NCBI GenBank assembly: GCA_963727445.1
Contig: CAVSGI010000008.1
Span: forward strand, 32,001-96,000
DNA from: an uncultured delta proteobacterium
GTDB taxonomy: Bacteria > Myxococcota_A > Polyangia > Polyangiales > B10-G4
DNA length: 64,000 nucleotides
Reading direction: 5' to 3'
The notes below the pieces were generated by a model. It made no database searches. It was not told where the DNA came from and worked only from the letters and a program-made list of their open reading frames with translations. This document shows, piece after piece, positions 15,090 through 27,498 of the stretch. Within the stretch, counting starts at the first letter, position 1, and the number at the start of each line of letters is the position of its first letter. The translations under genes and the position numbers were made by a program.

Positions 15090-15638
15090 CGAGCAACGCG
15101 AGCCCACACAAGGCAACGCGACGCCGGAGCGAAGCGACACCGAAGCGAGGCAACGCCTCGCGCAGGTGGCGCGCAGCGCAGGCGCCCCCGAGCGAGCAAC
15201 GCGAGCCCACACAAGGCAACGCGACGCCGGAGCGAAGCGACACCGAAGCGAGGCAACGCCTCGCGCAGGTGGCGCGCAGCGCAGGCGCCGCGGTGCCGGG
15301 ACTGCGCCCCCGAGCGAGCGAAGCGAGCACACACACAAGGCAACGCGACGCCGGAGCGAAGCGACACCGAAGCGAGGCAACGCCTCGCGCAGGTGGCGCG
15401 CAGCGCAGGCGCCCCCGAGCGAGCAACGCGAGCCCACACAAGGCAACGCGACGCCGGAGCGAAGCGACACCGAAGCGAGGCAACGCCTCGCGCAGGTGGC
15501 GCGCAGCGCAGGCGCCGCGGTGCCGGGACTGCGCCCCCGAGCGAGCGAAGCGAGCCCACACAAGGCAACGCGACGCCGGAGCGAAGCGACACCGAAGCGA
15601 GGCAACGCCTCGCGCAGGTGGCGCGCAGCGCAGGCGCC
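15089..15638. repeat. Intergenic array of five identical 82-bp units with alternating short and long linkers (REP/BIME-like)
   Basis: Core CACACAAGGCAACG...GCAGGCGCC starts at 15105, 15208, 15332, 15435 and 15557 (spacing 103/124/103/122). Lies between convergent genes. Confidence 0.95.
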
Positions 15639-15654
15639 GCCTGGACGACTGACC

Positions 15655-16890
15655 TCAATTAGGCGGCTGGGCGCTGGGGCTCGGCGGGTTCGAGAGCGCG
15701 GGCGGCCGAACGGCGCCCGGGTCACCGCTGGCTGGCGTCAGCGTCTCGGTGTGCCCGTCGGGGTAGATGGCGACGGCCCAGAACTCCTGGCCGTAGCCGC
15801 CACCCGGCACGCCGGCGTTCCAGTCGAGGTTGAGCCAGACGCCGCAATCCTCGCTCGAACGAAAGTGGATCTGCTCGATGCGCTGGCCGCCGTATTCCCG
15901 GGCCTCGCGATAGTGACGAGCCAGGCGATGGGCGGCGTCGCGGGCATCCGAGCGCACGCAGACCTCGGCGTAGGCGTGTCCGCCGGCGGGGCCGTCCATC
16001 ATCACGACCCGGGCGTCTCCGCCGATCGCGGTCGTCATCGACGCCAGCACGATGGCGAAATCGTCGCAGTCCCCTGCGAAGTCGTTCTCGATGGTCTCAC
16101 TGGCGCGCGCGAAGTACTCGCGCCCCAGCGGATCGTTCACGTAACGCCAATCGCTCCGCACCTTCGCCCAGATCCGCGCCACCTGCTCCACGCGAAACGG
16201 GCCTTCCTCGTCGGCGGCGATCCGCACGGCGGTGTTGCGCGTGATCGGGTCCTCGTAGTCGAGTGCTTCGACGACACGCGGCGCGGTGTGCACGCGGACG
16301 GACTCCTCCTGCCGACTGCGGCTGCGCGTGCCATCGCCCGACAGCCCCAGACGCTGGGCCGCCGTCCCGAATGCACCCGTGTCTTCGGTGACCGCCACGG
16401 CCCACGCCGCGACACCACCGATCGCCAACAGCGCCACCGCGACCGCCATCGCCACGCCGATGCGACCGCGCGCCCGTCCCACGTAGAGGCTCGAGCCGCA
16501 GCTCTTGCATCGAAGGACGCCGCGCGTGAACCCCTGCGGCAGCACGCCGCGCTCGCCGCAGGCGCCACAGATGAATCGCCGACCGGGGATGGTCATGCCG
16601 ACCACCGTGTCGCCGGCGCCCGCGCGCAGGAACGGCTTGAGCTGCGAGCTGCTCCAGCTCAGCGCCGCGTTGCCGAGACGCACGTCCTCTCCCGGACGGA
16701 TGGTGGCGTGGTCGATGCGCTTGCCGCGGACGAAGGTGCCGTTCGCGCTGCCCAGATCCTCCACTTCGATGCGGCCGCCCTGCCACTTGAGCCGCGCGTG
16801 CCGACCGGAAACCGAAGGGTCCGAGAGGACCACGTCACAGTCTCGGCTGCGCCCGATGACGATGTAGGGGCTTTCGGCCACGGAGATCAC
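15655..16890 (-). CDS. FHA domain / Zn-ribbon / TM / transglutaminase-like domain protein
   Basis: IGRSRDCD...VSGRHA...DLGSANGT (FHA); CGAC...CKSC; hydrophobic helix; GDCDDFAI...GHAY...WLNLD. Start approximate. Confidence 0.8.
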   Translation of the reverse strand: MISVAESPYIVIGRSRDCDVVLSDPSVSGRHARLKWQGGRIEVEDLGSANGTFVRGKRIDHATIRPGEDVRLGNAALSWSSSQLKPFLRAGAGDTVVGMTIPGRRFICGACGERGVLPQGFTRGVLRCKSCGSSLYVGRARGRIGVAMAVAVALLAIGGVAAWAVAVTEDTGAFGTAAQRLGLSGDGTRSRSRQEESVRVHTAPRVVEALDYEDPITRNTAVRIAADEEGPFRVEQVARIWAKVRSDWRYVNDPLGREYFARASETIENDFAGDCDDFAIVLASMTTAIGGDARVVMMDGPAGGHAYAEVCVRSDARDAAHRLARHYREAREYGGQRIEQIHFRSSEDCGVWLNLDWNAGVPGGGYGQEFWAVAIYPDGHTETLTPASGDPGAVRPPALSNPPSPSAQPPN

Positions 16891-16963
16891 GTCAGTGTAG
16901 TACGAGAGAGGGCTCGAGCGCCCGTGCCCTTCGACCCCCACCGCCGCCCCGCGATTGGGTGCT

Positions 16964-18250
16964 TCAGCGCGGCGCGCTGCTTTGAGCGGCCAGGATGCGG
17001 AGCACGTTCTCGCCGAAGATCGGGCGGATGGGCAGGCCGCGGCGCTCGAGCTCTGCGCGGAGCGCGCCGAGATCGCCCACATCCTCCATCCCCACCGGGA
17101 GCTCGGAGATCCCGTCGAAATCCGAGCCCAGACACGCCGCCGTGGGCCCGCCGAGCTCCACCACCTTCTGGAAATGAGCGCCGAGCGTTCGCAGATCCGG
17201 CGGATCGATGTCCGGATCCAACTCCAGAGCCAGGGCGAGCTGGGCCGCCCCGCGGTCCATGTATCGCTCGTGCTCTTCCTCGATCGCGGCGAAGCGATCG
17301 TGATGCGCGCGCTCGAGGGCGCGGCGGCGGTTGCGGTAGGCAACGTCGATGAACTGCGAGAAGTAGTTGAGGCAGATGGCCCCGCCGCCCTCCGCGACGC
17401 GCCGGATCATGTCGTCGGTCATGTTCCGCGGGTGATCCGAGAGCGAACGGACCGAAGAGTGAGAGGCGAAGACGGGCTTCTGTGCCACGTCCATGATGTC
17501 CCAGAAGGTCTGATCGCTGATGTGGGAGACGTCGACGATCATGCCGAGCCGGTTCATCTCGCGAATCGCGCGCCGACCGAGAGGCGTGAGACCCTCTTCT
17601 GGCGCATCGCCCGACGACGAGTGGCCCAGGGGGTTGTCGTTGGACCAGGTGATCGTCATGTAGCGCACGCCGCGCTCGTAGAAGGTGCGGATCCGCGACA
17701 GGGCCAGCTCGGGGTCGTCGGTGCCGAGCGCGTGCGCGCCCTCCACGCCCATCAGGAGCGCGGCCTTTCCTTCGCGGGCGGCGGTGCGCACGTCATCGGC
17801 CGTGCGGCAGATCATCGCCTGGTCGGGATGGTCGTGCGCGAGCTTCTCCACGGCGCCGATCAGCGCGAGGGCCCGCTCCCAGGCGGCCTCCCCCTCGAAG
17901 CGGCGCGGGTTGACCCAGATGCTGAAGAAGGCGCCGGTGAGCCCACCCTCGCGCATCCGCGGAATGTCCACGTGACCGCCCTGCACCCGCTCGGCGATGT
18001 CGTCCGAGTCGTCGAGCATGCGCTGCGTGGTGTCGATGTGCGTATCGATGGCGATGATCGGCTCCGTCTCCGCCGCCGGCCCCGGCGCGGTCTCCGTCGC
18101 CGCTTCGGTCTCGGTCTCCGCCTCTGTCTCAGCTTCCGCCCCCGTCGTCACCGCTGGCTCGGAGGGATGCGTCGCTTCCTCCTCGTCGTCGCCGCATCCG
18201 GCGGCGAGGCTCGACAACAGGACGACGGCGAAGGCCAGGCGGGTCATCAC
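16964..18250 (-). CDS. Membrane dipeptidase (M19 family) lipoprotein
   Basis: Lipobox AAGC; DTHID, GVEG, DVSH, ASHS, HPRN, GSDFDG, GENVLR. Confidence 0.92.
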   Translation of the reverse strand: MMTRLAFAVVLLSSLAAGCGDDEEEATHPSEPAVTTGAEAETEAETETEAATETAPGPAAETEPIIAIDTHIDTTQRMLDDSDDIAERVQGGHVDIPRMREGGLTGAFFSIWVNPRRFEGEAAWERALALIGAVEKLAHDHPDQAMICRTADDVRTAAREGKAALLMGVEGAHALGTDDPELALSRIRTFYERGVRYMTITWSNDNPLGHSSSGDAPEEGLTPLGRRAIREMNRLGMIVDVSHISDQTFWDIMDVAQKPVFASHSSVRSLSDHPRNMTDDMIRRVAEGGGAICLNYFSQFIDVAYRNRRRALERAHHDRFAAIEEEHERYMDRGAAQLALALELDPDIDPPDLRTLGAHFQKVVELGGPTAACLGSDFDGISELPVGMEDVGDLGALRAELERRGLPIRPIFGENVLRILAAQSSAPR

Positions 18251-18259
18251 CCAGACTGT

Positions 18260-19354
18260 CTACGCGGTGGCGGCGCCTTTCGCCAGGGCCGCGGGCGTCT
18301 CGCCTCGTGAAGGACGAATGACCCCGCGCTCGGTGTAGATCGCTTTGACCAGGCGCGCGGGGGTGACGTCGAAGGCAGGATGCCGGCAGACAATTCCGTC
18401 AGCGACGAGCATCGTGTCACCCAGACGGGCGACTTCGTCGCGTCCCCGCTCCTCGATGGGGATGTCGGCGCCGGACGCGGTGCGGAGATCGACGGTGCTG
18501 AAGGGCGCCGCCACCGTGAAGGGAACACCGTGCACGTCGGCCAGCACCGCGACCCCGTAGGTGCCGATCTTGTTCGCGACGTCGCCGTTCGCTGCAATCC
18601 GATCCGAGCCCACGACCGCGAAGTCGATCTCCCCACGCCCGAAGAAGTACGCGGCCATCGAGTCGGTGATCACCTCGACGGGGACGCCGTCCTGGGCGAG
18701 CTCCCAGGCGGTGAGGCGAGCGCCTTGCAGATAGGGTCGCGTCTCGTCAGCGAGCACGGTCTTCACTTTGCCGGCTGCGTGAGCCGCGCGGATCACCCCG
18801 AGCGCCGTGCCGAACCCCCCGGTCGCGAGCCCGCCGGTGTTGCAGTGGGTGAGGATGGTCGCGCCTTCGGGCACGTCCTCGGCGCCGAGGCGCCCCATCT
18901 CGTGGCACGCCGCCACGTCCTCGCGGTGGATCGCCTCGGCCTCGCCAATCATCGCCTGCGTGCGCTCGTCGGGGTGGAGCGAGGCGACGTCGGCAGCACG
19001 TCGCGACATGCGGGCGATGGCCCACGCCAGGTTCACGGCCGTCGGACGCGTCGCGTTCAAGATGCGCCCGGCGACCCCGTTGGCCAGCAAGAACGCCTTC
19101 GCGTCGCCGCGCTCGAGGCCGGCTTGGAGGGCCAGCGCGTAGGCCGCGCTGATGCCGATCGCGGGCGCGCCGCGCACCACCATCGCGCGGATCGCCTCGG
19201 CAATCTCGTCGGGCTTGGTGAAGCGGTGGTAGTGGACCTCCGCCGGCAGGCGCAGCTGATCCAGCATCCAGACTGCGCGCTGCTCCGGATCGAGCTCGAC
19301 GGCGGACCAGGAGGCGCCGCTGAGCGGTGCGCGTGGCAGCGAGCTCAGGGACAC
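18260..19354 (-). CDS. mtnA: Methylthioribose-1-phosphate isomerase
   Basis: [58 protein letters not shown]. Start approximate. Confidence 0.95.
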   Translation of the reverse strand: MSLSSLPRAPLSGASWSAVELDPEQRAVWMLDQLRLPAEVHYHRFTKPDEIAEAIRAMVVRGAPAIGISAAYALALQAGLERGDAKAFLLANGVAGRILNATRPTAVNLAWAIARMSRRAADVASLHPDERTQAMIGEAEAIHREDVAACHEMGRLGAEDVPEGATILTHCNTGGLATGGFGTALGVIRAAHAAGKVKTVLADETRPYLQGARLTAWELAQDGVPVEVITDSMAAYFFGRGEIDFAVVGSDRIAANGDVANKIGTYGVAVLADVHGVPFTVAAPFSTVDLRTASGADIPIEERGRDEVARLGDTMLVADGIVCRHPAFDVTPARLVKAIYTERGVIRPSRGETPAALAKGAATA

Positions 19355-20376
19355 ATGCCCAGGAAGCAAGGAACGGTGAAGGGGAAGTCCGGGCAGGGCG
19401 AGCTGCTACCACAGCGACACCCTCCACCCACACAGCTGTCGGCGTTACTGCCGCAGTCGTTTCCGCATCCACCGCAGTTGTCGACGTTGGTGGTGACGTC
19501 GATGCAGAGGCCGGAGCAACAGAGCTCACCCGCGCCGCAGACGTTTCCGCAGGCGCCGCAGTTCGTTGGGGAGTCCACGGTCGTGCAAGTACCGGAACAA
19601 CACCGCTGGCTCCCGGTACACGACGGCCCGCTGCCGCACTTGCAGACGCCCATGTCGCAGACCTCACCCGCCGCGCAGGGATCGGGGCAGGGAATCGTGC
19701 TGGTGCACGATCCGTCGATGCACATCTCGCCCGTGGGGCAGACGGCGCCGCAGCTCCCGCAGTTCATCGCGTCGGTGAGGACGTCGATGCACATGTCGCC
19801 GCAGCAACCCCGCCCGCCGCCGCAGGCCGGCGCCGAGCCGCAGCGGCACGCGCCGTCGATACACATCTCTCCCGGGGCACACGGCGCCGGGCAGGGCGGC
19901 GCCACGCAGTCTCCGTCGACGCACATCGCGCCCGAGGAACAACGGTTGCCGCAAGAGCCGCAGTTGTCGACGTTATCGGAGAGATTGACGCACGCAGCGC
20001 CGCAACACGTCTCACCCGTCGCACAGGCATCGCCGCTGCCGCACTTGCACACGCCGCTCGCACACATGTTTCCGCCGGGCGCACACGCGTTGCCGCAACT
20101 GCCGCACTCGAAGGGATCGAGATCGGTGTTGACGCACGCCCCTTCGCAGCACGTCCCGGTGGAACAGTTTCCGTCCGGTGGACACGCGGGTCGACAGCGG
20201 CCGAGGCGACAGACCTGCGATGGTCCGCAGGCGGGAGTGCAATCACCGCCGCCGCCCGTATCGGGCCGCACCGTCGAATCGACGACGGGCGTGCCCGAGT
20301 CCTCCGTGTTCGTGCCTTGCGCGCACCCCACGGACGACACCACCAAAACCAGAAGCGCCAAAATGCGCGTTACCAT
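19345..20376 (-). CDS. Cys-rich repeat lipoprotein (DxxNCGxCGxxC repeats)
   Basis: Signal [18 protein letters not shown], followed by about five NCGxCG-type repeats. Confidence 0.85.
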   Translation of the reverse strand: MVTRILALLVLVVSSVGCAQGTNTEDSGTPVVDSTVRPDTGGGGDCTPACGPSQVCRLGRCRPACPPDGNCSTGTCCEGACVNTDLDPFECGSCGNACAPGGNMCASGVCKCGSGDACATGETCCGAACVNLSDNVDNCGSCGNRCSSGAMCVDGDCVAPPCPAPCAPGEMCIDGACRCGSAPACGGGRGCCGDMCIDVLTDAMNCGSCGAVCPTGEMCIDGSCTSTIPCPDPCAAGEVCDMGVCKCGSGPSCTGSQRCCSGTCTTVDSPTNCGACGNVCGAGELCCSGLCIDVTTNVDNCGGCGNDCGSNADSCVGGGCRCGSSSPCPDFPFTVPCFLGMCP

Positions 20377-20550
20377 CCCACCACCAAGATCGGCCAATCG
20401 ACTACCTCGAGCCCCGTCTTGCACACTATCCGCGTTTGCCCTCGGGAACAAACCAGTGCAGCATCCAAAGGTTGTTTGGCTCACAGAGAGACCCGTTTGA
20501 CGACATCCGCTGAGCAGGCGTAGAGTTTTCGATCCAGACGGACGTTTCCG

Positions 20551-21965
20551 ATGCTACCAGACCAGCTCGAGTGGCTCGCCAAGATGGCGGGCTTCGCTTT
20601 CGTCCAGGTCGACGACGACGGCGCGTTGCGATCGAACGACCTCGGACAACAGATGCTGGGTCAAGCGACCTCCTTCGAGGACGCCATCGCGCGGGTGACC
20701 CGTGTCAACGGGGGGATCCCGGGCTCGTCGCGCTCCTCGGTGCCGTCCAGGCCGAGGGCCGCGGCAGTCGTGACCTGGGCCAATTCCGGGTGATCGCGGT
20801 GCGCAACGGCAAGACCCGAAGCGCGCTCTTCGTGCCACAAGCCCTCGAGGTCGCCTCCGATCTGCATCGCCGCGCCGCCGCCACCGATCTTTCGGCCGCG
20901 GTCTCGCACGAGCTGTCGAACGTCCTCGGGGCCATCCTCGGATGGGCCACCCTCGCCCGTCGCGGCGAGGTGGACGCGCGTGCGGATCGTGCGCTCTCGC
21001 TCATCGAGAAGAGCGCGCGCAGCGCGCACTCGACGGCGCGCCATCTCTTGGAGACGGCCCGCGGGCGGACGGTGGTCTCGAATCACTCCGTCGACGCCAG
21101 CGGCCTCGTCGCCGAGGTGGCCGAGGTGCTCAGCACGAAGGCGGAGCAGGCGGGGGTCACTCTCTCCGTTTCGCTGCAAGAAGGGCTGGAGCTGCCCGGC
21201 AATCGCGCTGATCTCTTCACCATCTCCTGGAATCTCATCCAGAACGCGATCGAAGCGACGCCCGCTGGTGGGACGGTGAAGGTTCGCCTGGGCAGCTCGC
21301 GCAACGGCTACGTCCGCTTCGAGGTCGAGGACGAAGGCTCGGGGATCCCGGAAGAGATCCGTCACCGTGTCTTCGAGCCCTACTTCACGACGAAGTCGGA
21401 CGGCACCGGGCTCGGCCTGTCACTCGTGCGCCGCGCGGCGGACGCCCTCGGTGGAAGCGTGATGCTCGAGAGTCGCGCAGGAGGCGCGCACTTCGTCTGC
21501 CGCTTCCCCAAGGAGGTGGGGGCGACGACGAAGCCCGCGCCGATCGGCCCGCGCCAGAGCGGCGTGCGCGAGAAGGCGAGCCCCCGGGGCAAACGCATCC
21601 TGGTCGTGGACGACGACGAGGCCATGCGGGATCTGTTGGCCACGACCCTCAGTCTGGCCGGCGCGGACGTCGAGACCGCTTCGAGCGGTGCCGAGGCGCG
21701 CCAGGCCGAAGGCTACTTCGACCTGGTCCTCATCGACCTCGGCCTGGGGGACATGCGGGGGGACCAGGTCCTCGCCGAGCTCCGCGACCGGGGCCAGGCG
21801 GGCGCCACTGCGCTCGTCTCGGGCGCCACCCTCCCCCCCAGCCTCGCCAGCGTGCCCGACAGCTGGCTACGCAAGCCTTTCGAGATCGACGACCTGATCA
21901 GCGCGGTGGAGACCCTCCTCGGCCGGAGCGGGGGCCAGGACGGCTCCAAGGCCGAGTCCGGCTGA
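20551..21965 (+). CDS. Hybrid histidine kinase / response regulator (frameshift near the G6 run at 20710-20715)
   Basis: SHELSNVL (H box), NLIQNAIEA, DEGSGI, FTTK..GTGLGL; receiver ILVVDDD...DLVLID...LRKPF. Confidence 0.88.
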
Positions 21966-21995
21966 GACGGCAAACCTGCTAGTCTCTGCCCGTCG

Positions 21996-23411
<1,416 letters not shown>

Positions 23412-23553
23412 GCGCGTGGTTGGCCTCGTGTTGGCGTCAATATCTTCACGGTAGGCGAGGCGCTGCGCAGATCCGCCCCGCGGCGCGATGCCACGCTCGT
23501 GGCCAAGCACGCGAAAAGACTGATCTCGAGGGCGTGGTCGATGGCGTCCACCC

Positions 23554-23569
23554 GGGTACGCGCCTTGCA
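23554..23569 (+). promoter_or_regulatory. Putative sigma54 (-24/-12) promoter
   Basis: GGGTACG-CGCC-TTGCA matches the TGGCACG-N4-TTGCW consensus with exact spacing, just upstream of the next gene. Confidence 0.6.
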
Positions 23570-23589
23570 CCGAATGGCGCGGGGCGCTG

Positions 23590-26500
23590 GTGACCAAAGG
23601 GAAGGCAATTGGGCGGGTTGAACGCCCCGAGGGTGCGCCCTACGGTGACTCGGCGCCCTTCTTCGCGCCTCAAAAGCCTTCGATGCAGCCACAGATCAGT
23701 CCTCAAAAGACCTGCGTGGGCCGAGAGCTCGAGCTGAGCCGACTCTCGGAGCTCTACCGTGCCGCCAGCGAAGAAGGAGAGCGCCTCGCGCTCCTCCTGG
23801 GGCCCGCCGGCATCGGCAAATCGGCCATCCTCGCGGAGTTCCGCGGCCGGGTGCGCCTCGCTGGTGGGGTGGTGCTCGAGGGCCGCTGCGAGCCGGGACG
23901 TCCCTTCGGGCCTTTCGCCGAGATCGTGGAGCGCGCCCTGCGTTTCCTCTCCGAGGTGGGACGGGAGCCGACCACCGATCTCGCCGACCTGGCCTGTCAG
24001 GGCCAATGTCATCGCCTCTGGTATCAGCACACCGGCCACTCCATGCGCGAGGCGGTCGACTCGATCTCGGTCGGCGACTCGACCTTCCTGCCGCACGTGC
24101 GGGACGTGGCGGTCATCGAAAAGCGCCTGCGCTTCTTCGATGCGCTGCGCGGGCTGCTCCGCGACGTCGCCTCGGTTCGCGCCCCGGTGGTGATGCTCCA
24201 CGACCTGGAGCGCGCCGACCACGGCACCACTCAGCTGCTCAGCTTCCTCCTCGACAGCTCCGGACCGTGGGGACACGGCGTCGCCCCCGAGCGTCAGCTC
24301 CGCGCCCTCTTCGTCGCGAGCGTGCGTTCCGACGCCGACCGTCCGCTCGACGGCCTGGCGCCGATTGGGGGTCACGCGGCGACCGAGTCCATCGAGGTGG
24401 GCAAGCTCGATGTCGAAGGCGTGCGCGCGTACCTGCAGTCGCCGACCACCGTCGCGCACGTGCTCGAGCGCACCGGCGGCAGCCCAGAGGCGATCGACCT
24501 CTTGCTGGACGGCGACCCCCTCACCCCCAAGAGTCGCGTCGAACGCCGGATGGAGAGCTTCAGCCCCTCAGCGCGCGCGCTGGTCGAAGCCCTGGCCGTG
24601 CTCGAGCGGCCCACCGATCTCGAGACACTCGCCCGCATCGCCGATCAGACCCCGGGTCGCGACATCCGACGGGAGGTCGACGGCTCGACTCTGGTGGTTC
24701 AGTCGATCGTCGACGGGGCCATCCTCTTCTCCTTCGCCCGCGAAGCGGATCGCGAGCAGGCCTATGCGATGCTCTCCGAGGAGCGCCGCCGAACGCTTCA
24801 CGGCCGCTGCGTGGACGCGCACGCGGCCCGCGCCGGTCACGAGGAGGAGGCGGCCAAGCACGCGCTCCTCGCCGGCGACCTCGAGCGGGTCGTGCCCCTC
24901 GCCCTCGGCGCCGCGCGCTCGCTCTCCGCGAGCCACGCTCAGGGTGAAGCCGCCGCGCTCCTCGAGCGCGTCTGCGAGAGCTTCGACGACGCGCCGATGG
25001 AGCTGCGCGAGCAGCTGGCCGAGCTCTACCGCGCCGCCGGCGACTACAAGCGAGGCCTTGTTCACGCCCAGGCGGTGCGACACATCGCGCCCGAGAGCGC
25101 ACGCGCGACGCGGCGCGTGGGAGAGCTCCTGACCCTCGCAGGCCGCCTGGACGACGCGGCGGAGATGCTCGAAGGCGCGCGCCGCCTGGCCGCCGCCTCG
25201 GAGGATCCCGCGGCGGTGACCGAAGTGGAGGCGCTCCTCGCGGAGCTCCACTACCAGCGCGCGAGCTACGTCGAAGCGCGCGAGTGGGCCGAAAAGGCGC
25301 TCGCGGGTGCGCTGGCCCACGACGAGCTGATGTTGGTGCTGAGCGCCCGCAACACCCTGGGGAAGCTCGCGCTGGTGCAGCGCGACGCCACCACCGCGGT
25401 GACGCTCTTCGAGGAGAGCCAGATGCTCGCGGCGGACGCGGGCCTCGGACACCTCGAAGCGCAGGCGCTCACCAACCTCGGTGTCGCCCGGCTTCGTCGT
25501 CAGGAGCTGACGCTGGCCGAGGAGGCCTTCGAGTCGGCGATCGAGGTGGCGGAGCGCGTCAGCGACACCCGCGACCGCGCCATCGCTACGGAGAACCTCG
25601 CGGTGCTCGCGCACCTGCGTCGCGACTACGCGCGAGCGCAGAGTCACTACCACGAGGCGGTCTCGCTGCTGAAGCGCCTGGGCAACCGCGCGATGCTCGC
25701 GCGCGTCGCCATCAACCTCGGCGAGCTCTACCTCTCGCTCGGCGAGCTCTCGCGCGCCCGCACCCTGTGCGACTTCTCGACGCACGTCGGCGGCGGCGGC
25801 CTGCCCCCCTCGGTCCGTGGTGAGGGGTTGATCCTCCGCGGCCGTATCGACGCGGCGAGCGGCTACCAAGCCGACGCGCGGGCCTCTTTCGAGGCGGCCC
25901 TGGAGACCTACCGGCGCCTCGGCGAGGCGCGCGTGACCGACGCGGTGATCGAGCTCTGCCGCGTGTCCCTCGAGGACGGAGACGTGGTGACCGCCCGCGC
26001 CCGGCTCACCGAGCTGCCCGTGCAGGAGTCGCCGAAGAAGGCGGCCGAGGTCGCGCTCCTGGCGGTCGAGGTGGAGCGCGCAGCGGGCGGAGACACGCTG
26101 TCCGCCGCGCGGCGCGCCCTCGAGCTCGCCGAAGAGGCGGGCGACGACGAGCTCCTGCTGCCGGCGCTGACGCGCCTGGCACGCGCGCTCCACGACGCCC
26201 GCGACCTCAACGAAGCGTCGCGCGCCATCGAGCGTGCGGAGCAGGTGGACGAGCGGCTCTCCGAGCGCGTCCCCGAGGAGGCGCTTCACGGCTGGCAGAC
26301 GCGCGCTGCCCGCGGCGAGCTCACGGAGGTGCAGGCGCTCGTCGCCCACGCTTGGAACACCACGCGCGACTCGTCGCCGCCGAGCGCACGTCGCGCGCGC
26401 ATCTCGAGCACGCCTCCCGCGCGCAAGCTCGATCGCCAGCGCGCGATGTGGGCGGAGCGCTACCCGAACCTGGTGGGTGGGTCCTCCTCGCTCACCGCGA

Positions 26501-27498
26501 TCCTCGCGATGCTCGACAAGGTCGCGCCCACCGACGCGCTGGTCCTGGTGCGCGGTGAGAGCGGCACCGGCAAGGAGCTGATCGCGGAGGCGCTGCACAA
26601 CAACTCACCGCGCGCCGACAAGCCGCTGGTCAAGGTCAACTGCGCGGCGCTCGTCGAGACCCTGCTCTTGAGCGAGCTCTTCGGACACGAGCGTGGCGCC
26701 TTCACCGGGGCCAACGCGCGCAAGAAGGGCCGCTTCGAGCTGGCGGATGGCGGAACGATCTTCCTCGACGAGATTGGAGACATCTCGCCCAAGACCCAGG
26801 TGGCGCTCCTGCGCGTGCTGCAGGAGCGCGAGTTCGAGCGCGTGGGCGGCACGCAGAAGATCCACGTCGACGTCCGGATCATCGCCGCCACCCACCGCGA
26901 CCTCGAGTCGATGGTGAAGGAAGGGACCTTCCGGGAGGACCTCTACTACCGCCTGCGCGGCGTGATGCTGGAGATGCCCCCCCTCCGAAAGCGGATGGAC
27001 GATCTGCCCGCCCTGGCCGAGGCCCTGCTCCGGCGGATCGCCGAAGAGCGCGGCGACACCCAGAAAGTGCTGAGCCGCGAGGCCCAGCGGCTCCTTTCGG
27101 CCCACAATTGGCCAGGGAACGTCCGAGAGCTGGAGAACGTACTCCGTAGTGCGACCCTGTTTGCGGACACCCCCTTGCTTTCTCCCGAAGATTTCGCAGC
27201 TTTTGCAGGAATGTTCGCCATTTCCGACCCCGAGCCTCAGACCGCAGTGAATGCCGAGCCCCTCGCCGACGTTGCGTCTTCGACGATCTTCGAGGACCTG
27301 GTGTACGATCGCGTCCGCGGTGGCGACCATTCGCTTCTGGAGCTGAAGAAGGTCATCGAGCGTGAGTGCATCGTGAGAGCGCTGGAAGAAACAGAAGGAA
27401 ACATCACCCGTGCAGCCAAGCTGCTCGGCATGAAGCGACCCCGTCTCTCACAGCTCGTGAAGCAGTACGGTCTGAATTCCAACCAAGGTGAGGCGTGA
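23590..27498 (+). CDS. P-loop NTPase / TPR / sigma54-dependent transcriptional activator
   Basis: VGRELEL, GPAGIGKS and LHDLERAD; TPR-like helices (ARNTLGKLAL, ALTNLGVA, AINLGELY); GESGTGKE, GAFTGA, WPGNVREL; Fis-type HTH. Start may instead be ATG 23683. Confidence 0.92.
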   Translation: MTKGKAIGRVERPEGAPYGDSAPFFAPQKPSMQPQISPQKTCVGRELELSRLSELYRAASEEGERLALLLGPAGIGKSAILAEFRGRVRLAGGVVLEGRCEPGRPFGPFAEIVERALRFLSEVGREPTTDLADLACQGQCHRLWYQHTGHSMREAVDSISVGDSTFLPHVRDVAVIEKRLRFFDALRGLLRDVASVRAPVVMLHDLERADHGTTQLLSFLLDSSGPWGHGVAPERQLRALFVASVRSDADRPLDGLAPIGGHAATESIEVGKLDVEGVRAYLQSPTTVAHVLERTGGSPEAIDLLLDGDPLTPKSRVERRMESFSPSARALVEALAVLERPTDLETLARIADQTPGRDIRREVDGSTLVVQSIVDGAILFSFAREADREQAYAMLSEERRRTLHGRCVDAHAARAGHEEEAAKHALLAGDLERVVPLALGAARSLSASHAQGEAAALLERVCESFDDAPMELREQLAELYRAAGDYKRGLVHAQAVRHIAPESARATRRVGELLTLAGRLDDAAEMLEGARRLAAASEDPAAVTEVEALLAELHYQRASYVEAREWAEKALAGALAHDELMLVLSARNTLGKLALVQRDATTAVTLFEESQMLAADAGLGHLEAQALTNLGVARLRRQELTLAEEAFESAIEVAERVSDTRDRAIATENLAVLAHLRRDYARAQSHYHEAVSLLKRLGNRAMLARVAINLGELYLSLGELSRARTLCDFSTHVGGGGLPPSVRGEGLILRGRIDAASGYQADARASFEAALETYRRLGEARVTDAVIELCRVSLEDGDVVTARARLTELPVQESPKKAAEVALLAVEVERAAGGDTLSAARRALELAEEAGDDELLLPALTRLARALHDARDLNEASRAIERAEQVDERLSERVPEEALHGWQTRAARGELTEVQALVAHAWNTTRDSSPPSARRARISSTPPARKLDRQRAMWAERYPNLVGGSSSLTAILAMLDKVAPTDALVLVRGESGTGKELIAEALHNNSPRADKPLVKVNCAALVETLLLSELFGHERGAFTGANARKKGRFELADGGTIFLDEIGDISPKTQVALLRVLQEREFERVGGTQKIHVDVRIIAATHRDLESMVKEGTFREDLYYRLRGVMLEMPPLRKRMDDLPALAEALLRRIAEERGDTQKVLSREAQRLLSAHNWPGNVRELENVLRSATLFADTPLLSPEDFAAFAGMFAISDPEPQTAVNAEPLADVASSTIFEDLVYDRVRGGDHSLLELKKVIERECIVRALEETEGNITRAAKLLGMKRPRLSQLVKQYGLNSNQGEA

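Noticed and set aside
15089..15638. CRISPR array or repeat-protein CDS
   Set aside because: The 82-bp core is too long, the linkers are themselves repeated, and the periods 103/124/122 are not multiples of three.
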